A DNA stretch of 63,814 bases, the filler included, from Collodictyon triciliatum (Eukaryota): the NCBI GenBank assembly GCA_043381765.1. It is 12 parts of 12 records of this genome, joined end to end, with 100 filler letters (N's around TTAATTAATTAA, not from the genome) between each part and the next. Parts side by side here need not be neighbours in the genome. Positions count along the whole stretch, not along the records: positions 49,385 to 54,783 come from JBHJMP010005231.1; positions 54,884 to 60,285 come from JBHJMP010005232.1; positions 60,386 to 63,814 come from JBHJMP010005248.1; 9 more parts are not named here. One strand, 5' to 3'. The position numbers were made by a program, and so were the translations under genes. The notes beneath the pieces are model-generated. The model ran no database searches, was not told where the DNA came from, and saw nothing but the letters and a program-made list of their open reading frames with translations. This document shows, in pieces, positions 54,684 through 63,814 of the stretch. The first letter of the stretch is position 1; the number at the start of each line of letters is the position of its first letter.

Positions 54684-55134
54684 TAAAAGAAAGAAAGAAA
54701 GAAAGAAAAGTGATAGCGAAGCACGAAAATTACTTTTTGAACCATGAGAAGAGAAAAAAAGAAAAAAAAGAGAAAAAAAAGAGNNNNNNNNNNNNNNNNN
54801 NNNNNNNNNNNNNNNNNNNNNNNNNNNTTAATTAATTAANNNNNNNNNNNNNNNNNNNNNNNNNNNNNNNNNNNNNNNNNNNNAAGAAAAAAAGAAAAGA
54901 AAAAAAGAAAAGAAAAAAAGAAAAGAAAAAAAGAAAAGAAAAAAAGAAAAGAAAAAAAGAAAAGAAAAAAGAAAAGAAAAAAAGAAAAGAAAAAAAGAAA
55001 AGAAAAAAAGAAAAGAAAAAAAGAAAAGAAAAAAAGAAAAGAAAAAAGAAAAGAAAAAAATAAAAGAAAAAAGAAAAGAAAAAAAGATAAGATAAGAAAA
55101 GAAAAAAAAAGAGGAAAGAATAAAGATAAAAAAC

Positions 55135-56598
55135 CTTGATGTCGAGGGCGTAGATGGGGTCCAGTCTCGCATCCGGGTCTTCTCCAGAGTCGCTTTCATC
55201 CTCATCGTCCTCGAATCGTGCCGCGTTCATCAGGTCAATATAGCTGTCTGCTGGTGCGAAAACACCAGATGAATTGAGTGGACGGAATTCACCGCCAAAG
55301 CCAGGCAGGAAGGTGCGCTTCCCTCCGTTTTCGTTGGATTCGTCCTCGTCCTGCTCATCATCCTCTTCATCTTCGTAGCCATCATCATCTTCATTTGCGT
55401 CGTTAGTAATCTAAGCGAAGTAAATGGATAAGTATCAGGCTTTGAGATGTTTTTAGCTTTCTTTCTTTTAATGTTATTGGATTATGTGTTGGCTTCGAGA
55501 TGGGTTTGTTCAATTTTAATTTCTGTGCGCCGAATCAAAGGATTATAGACGAGTCACAAAGGCATCAGTTATGTTTCTGAAGGCGCTTCACAAAACCTAA
55601 AATATATGCACGGAAAACTCACCGTGTTGGCCTCCTCGCCGGCGATTTCCACAGAGAATTGGTCGACAAGAAGGTGCAGTATTTTTGCGTAGAGCGGTAC
55701 CAAGGTGTACTTATCTGGTTTGCATTCGAAAATGAAGAAGGATGGGTGATAAATACCAACATCATGAAATTATGAATTTAGCAAAAGAAAGACCAAACCT
55801 TGTGTCGATTTGGAGCGCAGTTTATGGCGTCCAGGTGTTGCAATCAAGTCTCCTTGGACTGGAATATTCATGAGTCTGGCATCCCGCGATTGCAAAACTT
55901 TGGTCAAAGCTGTCAAGCTAAATTGTTTTTTTTTTTATTACTATTCCGACCGGAATATCTAAAAAGACTCATTTCAATAGTTTATCTCTTTCAAAGAATT
56001 CTGGGAAAAATAACCTGATTTTAATTTCGTAGGCGCCATAAAAGAACGACTGATTGTTCAGCCATGAAGTTAGAACAAATATCAGTCCGTTCGTCTCCCC
56101 AACAGGAATTGTTGACAGAAAGTCGAGGACAGATAGCCCGCTCGAATGAATCAGACGACAAAAGACAAGAAGGAGAGACTACAAAGAAAGGTAGTTGAGT
56201 AATCCAGATATTTTGTCAACAGCTCATTACGTTGGCATTGTTTTTCCCCAAAATAAACAAATAAGCAGACAAATTTCGAATATTGAAAAAAAAAGTAAAT
56301 AAGTAAATAAGTAAATAAATAAAAATAATAAATAAGCAGACAAATTTCGAATATTGAAAAATTAATTTTCGAATCATTCAGTGCCTGAATAAGCGAGAGC
56401 AGCTTCGCAGTGAAAAGGCGACGAACACATGCTTCCAACATTTGGTTGATAGAATTCCCAAGGGCGCTTCCGTACTTCATATATAATAAAATAAAAGATA
56501 AAAAAGGGTGAGATGATAAAATAAAAGCATTACGAATTTTTCATAAAGGATGAGTTATATAAACACACTCCCTTTCATCTGATTCATATCTCCGAGCT

Positions 56599-56642
<44 letters not shown>

Positions 56643-57730
56643 GCTATAACAAAATAGGTGGAGTGTAGAGTTGGAATTTTTACCTTTAAGATGAGCTTCG
56701 AAACCAAAGCCCCAACAAACACGCTCGCATTCTCATCCAGTGATGGGTCCAGCAATTTGGAGACAATTGTGAGAATATGGTGCAGCAGACTTACTCCTTG
56801 AGCATCAGTCCTTTTTGATGAATGAAAGATAAAATGAAAAAAAAAACATAATAAATGGTGTAAAATTTGAAATATAAAAATGAAATAAAAATACGATTAA
56901 CAATTCGAAAAGAATTATGTGAAACCTCTCAACAAGCAAAGGAGAACCCACACGCACAACACTCATTAAAAAGTGGGCACCATTCTGTAAGAGCGAGCTG
57001 TCAGAGGATGTTTGCATTGCCGCAATCAGATTCGGGAGAAACATTTCCACGACAATAGGGTCCAAGTGATTTTCCGAATGCTTAATCAGGGCATGAGCGA
57101 CCTCCACAACATTCTAATGTACAATTTTACAATGATCAGAGGTAAATAAATGCGGCGCCCTATAGCATAGACAGGGAAAAGCATACATTTCTCTTATATT
57201 TTAACCGTACTTCAATGACACCAAGTTGGTGAGGCTGGGCAAGTGCTTGGCTCAATAGCGGAATACACCTCTGGTAAAGGGAGGAACGGCATTGAGGAAT
57301 GCGAGCCAGTTGCTCGATGATATCTGTGACGTTTGCAGCCATCAATGGATCAGTTGGCTGGCTGGTCCACAGATTTAGAATAAACGGCGTCAGCTCGGGT
57401 TCTACAGCAGCACTTGCTTCAGCATCGACCTATAGGTATGTCACAATTTGGATAATAGGTTGCCTGTTTCTTTATCCAAACCTCTCTATGGCCTTTTCGC
57501 TCTCTCATAAACAACATCAAAAAGAAAATATAAACAAATCACATTCGAAGTGCAAGGATAATTCATCAAAATTGATGGAGATAGACATACTCGAAGGATG
57601 GCGGTCAGTGTTTCCAAAACTATGTGGAAGGTGTCATTACTGGTCAAAGAGATTAATTGGCAAACACTCTGACAGATGGAGCCGATGGCGGCTTTCATAT
57701 CAGTTGGTGACAACTTGGCGGAAAGCCTTT
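55135..57730 (-). CDS. IPO9: Importin-9, C-terminal exons (partial)
   Basis: LLQNGAHFL, LLDPSLDENASVFVGALV, FFYGAYEIK, LVPLYAKILHLL, acidic loop and EDPDARLDPIYALDI. Confidence 0.85.
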
Positions 57731-58484
57731 GAATTTGTGGGAATGAAATGTGGTGTGTGAGTGTTAATNNNNNNNNNNNNNNNNNNNNNNNNNNNNNNNN
57801 NNNNNNNNNNNNNNNNNNNNNNNNNNNNNNNNNNNNNNNNNNNNNNNNNNNNNNNNNNNNNNNNNNNNNNNNNNNNNNNNNNNNNNNNNNNNNNNNNNNN
57901 NNNNNNNNNNNNNNNNNNNNNNNNNNNNNNNNNNNNNNNNNNNNNNNNNNNNNNNNNNNNNNNNNNNNNNNNNNNNNNNNNNNNNNNNNNNNNNNNNNNN
58001 NNNNNNNNNNNNNNNNNNNNNNNNNNNNNNNNNNNNNNNNNNNNNNNNNNNNNNNNNNNNNNNNNNNNNNNNNNNNNNNNNNNNNNNNNNNNNNNNNNNN
58101 NNNNNNNNNNNNNNNNNNNNNNNNNNNNNNNNNNNNNNNNNNNNNNNNNNNNNNNNNNNNNNNNNNNNNNNNNNNNNNNNNNNNNNNNNNNNNNNNNNNN
58201 NNNNNNNNNNNNNNNNNNNNNNNNNNNNNNNNNNNNNNNNNNNNNNNNNNNNNNNNNNNNNNNNNNNNNNNNNNNNNNNNNNNNNNNNNNNNNNNNNNNN
58301 NNNNNNNNNNNNNNNNNNNNNNNNNNNNNNNNNNNNNNNNNNTCGCAGAGCGTTTTGAGCAGCCTACAGCGACATATAACATTCGATTGAATTGATTTCT
58401 AAAATAAATAACAAAAAAAAAATATGTATGATAGGTAGAAAAGGGGAATGATGGTATGATAAAAAAAGGACAAGAAAACAGAAA

Positions 58485-60032
58485 CCTGCTCAGACTCTTG
58501 CAATTTGCTCAGCTGTAATTCCACACTTTTAAAAGCATCGATGAGCAGTGCATACGATTTCTGAAGTTCAGAATATCTCACCTGCGACTGTGAAAAAAAA
58601 GATGAAAAATTCAAGCATGAAAATATAAATAATATATCGTGAGATTTAAGTTTGGGTTCATTTTTTTTTTGAATCGTACAAAGGATAAAAAAAAAATAAT
58701 AATAAAAAGTTTAGATTAAATAAGGAAATATGAATATAATATCAAAGAATTCAAGCAACCTCCTCATTTTCAATAGTACTTTTCTCATGGACAGAGCCTC
58801 TTTCTTTTTGTTCTAGAATTTCCTCCAATGTGCATATTTGATTGAAGTAAACCTCAATTTGAAGGGTTTTCAGTTCAATCTATTGGACAAGGTTTCATTC
58901 GTCAACAAAAAAGAAAAAAAAAGGAAAATAAAGTACACATACCCGTTAAATTATTCAAGTACTCCTTACAACAATTTAGAACGGCTGAAGAGATTTCATA
59001 TTCATTTTAATTACTTATATATAAATAACAATGATACCTCATTTTTATTTGAGAGAACAATCTGTTCAAGGAGTTGAATTCTATGCGTTAATGACTTATT
59101 ATCTGACTCTAAAGCATCATTTTTGGTCCTCGCTGCTTCGAGTCTTTTCTCTAGAATCAATATTTCCTCATTCTTTTTATCATTATCCAAAAGTGAAGCT
59201 GATGTTTGTTTGAGAAGACTATTTTGCAAATTGTCCTATATAATAAAATAAAGAGCCATTAGTTTTTGATGCTTATCCCGCTACGAAAAAAAAAGTATTT
59301 GATTTCTTTGAGCACAAAGTATTATTACCAATTTAGTGGAGATAATAGATAATTCCATTCGCTTGTGTGATAGATGACCTCTGAGAATATCAGGTGATTT
59401 TATTTGGCTGTAATATTAAGAAATTTAGGGATGAAATTTGTCGAATTTTTTTTTTATCAAAATACATTTACTTTTACATTTACATACATATATACATACA
59501 TCACATAACAATATATCAATGGCCATAGTAATGCGATTGAGAATTATATTCATTCTGGCCCTTTTTTTTCCTCAAGGAGATTATTCGACTGATATTATTC
59601 AAATCAAGAATTTTAGAGCAGTTCAATACCTTTGCTTGTTAAATATATTTTCTGAACTGTGCCTGACTGAACTCGTAAACTAAGATACGTTTTTTTTCTT
59701 TCCCTTAGTAAAAGAACAAATAATATGTATGTCATATTCTGATAAACCTCTTGATTGGAAGCCCCAAGTTCACTTGTGTGGTTATGTAACTCTCCCTCAT
59801 CCTCATGCCCTTGCATCTGATTATCATATTCAATTACAATAACATGAAAAAATTGCATGCAATATATGTATTTCTTCACACTGGTTGATATCATGTATTT
59901 CCTCCATCTCTTATACCCATCCCTTCAGCTTCGCGGAGGATTTGTGTGAACCAATCTTAAATTGGTTTACATTAATTGCCATTAATCTCATTTTCCCCGA
60001 CTCAAAAATAATTACCTACTTTCCTTGAACAT
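58485..60032 (-). CDS. Uncharacterised coiled-coil protein, 5' exons
   Basis: Exons such as EEILILEKRLEAARTKNDALESDNKSLTHRIQLLEQIVLSNKNE with GT-AG boundaries. Confidence 0.5.
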
Positions 60033-60190
60033 GCGTCTCTAAAGAGTAGAATATATACTGTATCGAAAATTGTAAATCATTATCACCTCGACAAATTGAA
60101 GGGAAGAAAAAACAAAACATTGAAAACTGTAAGGCATGGCCAACCTACTATATATATAAGGACTAAGCAGCAAGAGTCATAGCCATAGTC

Positions 60191-60285
<95 letters not shown>

Positions 60286-60385
60286 NNNNNNNNNNNNNNN
60301 NNNNNNNNNNNNNNNNNNNNNNNNNNNNNTTAATTAATTAANNNNNNNNNNNNNNNNNNNNNNNNNNNNNNNNNNNNNNNNNNNN

Positions 60386-60471
<86 letters not shown>

Positions 60472-61406
60472 GATGATAAAGGTGAGTAAAAAAAAAAAAA
60501 AAACGGATCGAGTTCTAGCCATTGAGCCACGGGTAGAATGGGACAACAAACTACAGGAGAAGGGTTTAAGGTCTCAACCTCAAGCTCAAGCCACCAGCCC
60601 ACGGGCAGCATGATAAGTATGAATAAAATAATCAATATTGATTGTTCTGATTCATTCATCTGTTTCTTTTTTCTTTTCCTCTTTTCTTTTTTCTCTTTTT
60701 TCTCTTTTTTCTCTTTTTTTCTCTTTTTCTTTATTTTTCTTCGGTCTCATTCAGTCTGTAAATGGATAAACTTCATTACAAGGGTTGTGACAAACTTGGT
60801 TTTATCCCTTTCAAGGAACAACACTTTTTATACAACGAAAGTGTACCCATGTATATAGCAATTTATTGCACAGACAACCATCGAATTAAATATGGATTGA
60901 CGAAAGCTGGAGCTTTGATGAATCCAAGAAACAATCTGAATAATATAATAGTATAATCAGGATATATAGTAAGGTTAAAAAATACACAATAATCTCATTC
61001 TATTCCTGTAACTAGTTTATATTTTATTTTCATTTATGTAATATTAAAACTCAAAAATTCAAAAAATACAAACAATCTGTTGCGCTGGCCCAGACAGAAC
61101 CCAGCCTATAAACCTGCCACCAAATACGCATTTCAAAAAATAAATCCTATCCACACTTGCGGCGGTAATAATGTTGTTTGGGGCCGATATGTTGACTTTC
61201 AGTCGCAATTGCTATATGGCCGTCCTTTCGAACTCGCCGAATCGGCTCTCAGCGTTTTGTCTCAAATAATCACTCGTAAAAAACTTTGTGTGTTTGTTTG
61301 CCGCAATGCGCACATTTTGAAAGTCTCGGCAGATGCTTAATTTTACCTAAATTGATTTTATGCATTTTTTATTTTATTAAATTGACTGATTGACTAAGGT
61401 TTTATA

Positions 61407-61430
61407 AAAATTGAAAACTCGGTAGTTTTC
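61407..61430 (+). promoter_or_regulatory. AAAATTGA motif and overlapping 7-bp hairpin upstream of the Fanzor ATG
   Basis: AAAATTGA at 61407-61414, ~46 nt before the ATG; GAAAACT-CGGT-AGTTTTC inverted repeat at 61413-61430. Confidence 0.25.
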
Positions 61431-61460
61431 TAAAGGAAAACGTAAAACAAAGACCTTCAC

Positions 61461-63290
61461 ATGAAGAAAAGAAAACGCCTTGAGTTTGAGAATCTAAAGT
61501 CTGGAAAACCAGACTATCGAAATGTGAAAGCATCTCTAAAGTCGATTGTAAAGAATGCGGATGACTATGACAAAATCAACGATACGGTTTTATTGTGTCA
61601 TAATTTTATTATCGACACTTATCTGTTTGCAAGATGTTACATATTGAAATCACAACAACTCCAAACAATCAATGAAATGTTTTTTTTTAATGCTTTAAAG
61701 ACAGTCGGAATAGTTTCACAAGATAGACTCGCAGTTTTTAAAAAAAACCAAATATGAGAGATGACATGATGACTTTTTATCTCAATGATTTTCGATATCT
61801 TTTGTCCCAATAAGAACGCTTTCCATTGGTTGGACTGTCTCGTGTTTTACCGTACTTGGCGAAGCAAATGTTAGCAGCTTATCATTATAACATTAAGGAG
61901 CATTTTGCAAAGAGGTTTCTGCGCTTAATAAATCAAACAATTCCTAAAGATGAGAATATTATGGAAGCCATTAAAAAGGGAGAGTTCCGAAAGTTAAAAA
62001 AAAGCCATCTTCAAGAATCTCGAAATACCGGAACAATATAAAGGATGGACAATAATGCATTTGCATCGTATCATTCCCAGCGACATTGTAAATGGTATCA
62101 AATATGACGTCAAAGTCAATCCAAATAAGAACATTCCATTACTGATTCACATGAATCGCATTTTTGAGGACATTGGAACCAAACTGGTTCAACCAATCTC
62201 TGTAAGAGCTAATTATGTGCCATGTCATATTACTCTAGATAATGCATGTTTGATAGAGCTATTAGTATCAACTGGAAAAACATTATTACTGAAGAATATA
62301 TCAGGATGCAAAGAGACACTATGGGATGAGTTCTTTGAAATGAAGAAGAGGGACTTTCATCAAAGAGACTACAGTTTTAAATACATGATACAAACAGACG
62401 GCTTGGCAGTGTCATTATTGTTTGAAAAAAAAGGTATTTCAAATTCAAAAAACCAAGAATATGTCTATATACATAGATGAACTTTACGAACAGTTATCTT
62501 TATTAGTGAAAAAAATAGTTGGAATGGACGCAGGCAAGTTTAATTTTGTTTACATGGTGGACGAGACAGGCAAGAAGTTATGTTACACGGCACACCAAAC
62601 AAGACCTGATAGCAAACCTCTTAAAAATCACAAAATACTCTTGCGCGAGAAAAAAAATGCAATGTTTCAGGGATATGCATGGAAATATATTTACAAAGTG
62701 TTGTTTCTTTTGGTCTCAGGACTTTTGAGGAGAATCAGCGGTTTGAGACATTAATAGTATCTTTAATCGATTTAGAGCAGAACTGAGTAAACATAATTCA
62801 TGCATGGTCGATTATGAAAAAATTCGAAAATATGTATCTATGAAATCAAGATACCAGATAGAACTATTCATATTTTATGAACACGTAACTTTTCTAAAGA
62901 TGAGATGGAGACAGTATGTTAATACAAAAAGAAGTGAACAGTTGTGTATGGACTGAATCGAAAAGACATTTGGCAATGATGTTGTACTGGCGTATGGATG
63001 CTGGAGCAGAAAATGTCAGGTGAAACATTTTATGCCTACAATCGAAAGAGGATTACGAAAAATACTATCCAAATGTTTTGAAACAGTTAGTGTAGATGAA
63101 TTTAGAACATTCAAGATGTATGCAACTGCGAAATAGAACTGGATTATATGAGACTGAAAGGAAATAGGAAAACAGTGTATAGATGTCTCATATGTAAAGG
63201 ATGCAATCGGTCAGAAAGCAAACAAAGTGTATTCTTGACAAGGGACTTAAACAGCGCTAATAATATACTCAAGAAAGTTCTGTTAACCCT
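61461..63290 (+). pseudogene. Fanzor (Fanzor1-like, TnpB/Cas12-related RNA-guided endonuclease), near full length (~600 aa), decayed
   Basis: N-terminal MKKRKR. RuvC-I IVGMDAGK (D 62527-62529). ELSKHNS...KMRWRQYVNTKRSE...TFG..VVLAYGCWS..QVKHFMPT..GLRKIL. RuvC-II VSVDEFRT (E 63098-63100). Cys-rich segment ..CNC...CLICKGC. RuvC-III TRDLNSANNIL (D 63244-63246). Stops at 61811 and 62954 and several frameshifts. Confidence 0.9.
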
Positions 63291-63323
63291 TCCAAAAAAA
63301 AAAAAACACTCTCTTTAAAAAAC

Positions 63324-63451
63324 AGGCTGTTGGGTCTCATCTGGCAGCCTTCACCACTACGCAATCTTCGTGAAAAAAATGGTGAGACCTTGAATTCTAG
63401 CGCACCAGGTTCTCCAATCGAAAGATTGGTATACTCCGCCTAGTAAAATTC
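63324..63451 (+). ncRNA. Candidate Fanzor omegaRNA scaffold
   Basis: Begins just after the Fanzor ORF. Contains stem AGGCTG/CAGCCT, stem TCACCA/TGGTGA, a CCAATC-GAAA-GATTGG tetraloop hairpin, an enclosing GAATT-CTAG/CTAG-taa-AATTC stem, and loop GGTCTCA complementary to TGAGACC. Confidence 0.6.
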
Positions 63452-63814
63452 TGCTTGTATTGGACAATAAAAAAAATCATTCTATACCTCGATTGTAAAT
63501 ATATATTTTCCATAAATAGTCATAAAGGAACCATTCCGAGCACACATATCTAATTTGTTGTTATGGTAGGACGAAGCAACCGCGCGAACGTGTTTGCGAT
63601 GAAGTTATTGCGCGAAGGTGTCTTTTGGATGATTGAATTTATCATCATTTCTCTACTTTTTTTTTCAATTCAAAACTGCTTTTATCATACTTATTTCTTT
63701 CTCATTCGATGTCCTAAAAACAGGGCGTACATAATCTCATCTGTTTTTTTTTTCTTTCGTTTTTTTTTTTTTTTTTTTCATTAAAGAATTTTCAGTTTTA
63801 CCTTTTTTTTTACT

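Noticed and set aside
57769-58342. Importin-9 fused to the upstream coiled-coil exons
   Set aside because: They are separated by an N gap too short as drawn to hold the missing importin N-terminal half. An under-sized gap or mis-scaffold is more likely.
61740-62660. Programmed frameshifting as the explanation for Fanzor frame breaks at A-runs shared by both copies
   Set aside because: Run lengths differ between copies, and in-frame stops and non-homopolymer indels are also present. Slippage during decay is the simpler explanation.
60900-63814. Terminal inverted repeats or a transposase around the Fanzor
   Set aside because: No convincing TIR, TSD or transposase motif found by eye; element ends remain undefined.

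Overview
Eukaryotic, intron-rich, microsatellite-rich draft sequence, probably from a ciliated/flagellated protist because ARMC9 is present. The window is not one locus. It is twelve ~5.2-5.4 kb contigs (the last one partial) joined by artificial N-TTAATTAATTAA-N linkers, so adjacency across linkers has no biological meaning. Recognisable host genes, mostly partial: a RING-B-box-B-box (TRIM-like) protein, ARMC9, an HMG-box protein, the SEC16 C-terminus, a Rab5-group GTPase, VPS36, an M20 peptidase, eIF2-gamma and importin-9. The main result is a decayed but nearly full-length Fanzor (eukaryotic TnpB-derived RNA-guided nuclease) gene at 61461-63290. All three RuvC catalytic motifs are readable, and it is followed directly by a structured, hairpin/pseudoknot-rich candidate omegaRNA at ~63324-63451. 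A second, truncated Fanzor copy lies at 33193-34567 and is interrupted by a LINE fragment. Other points of note: a non-LTR retrotransposon family with a conserved TTTGAATCGAATAAAGGG(A)n tail and target-site duplications, an MLKL-like helical-bundle + pseudokinase protein fused to SAM-like and WD40 domains, and an AT-AC intron in the Rab gene. All family assignments come from motif recognition by eye; no database search was run.
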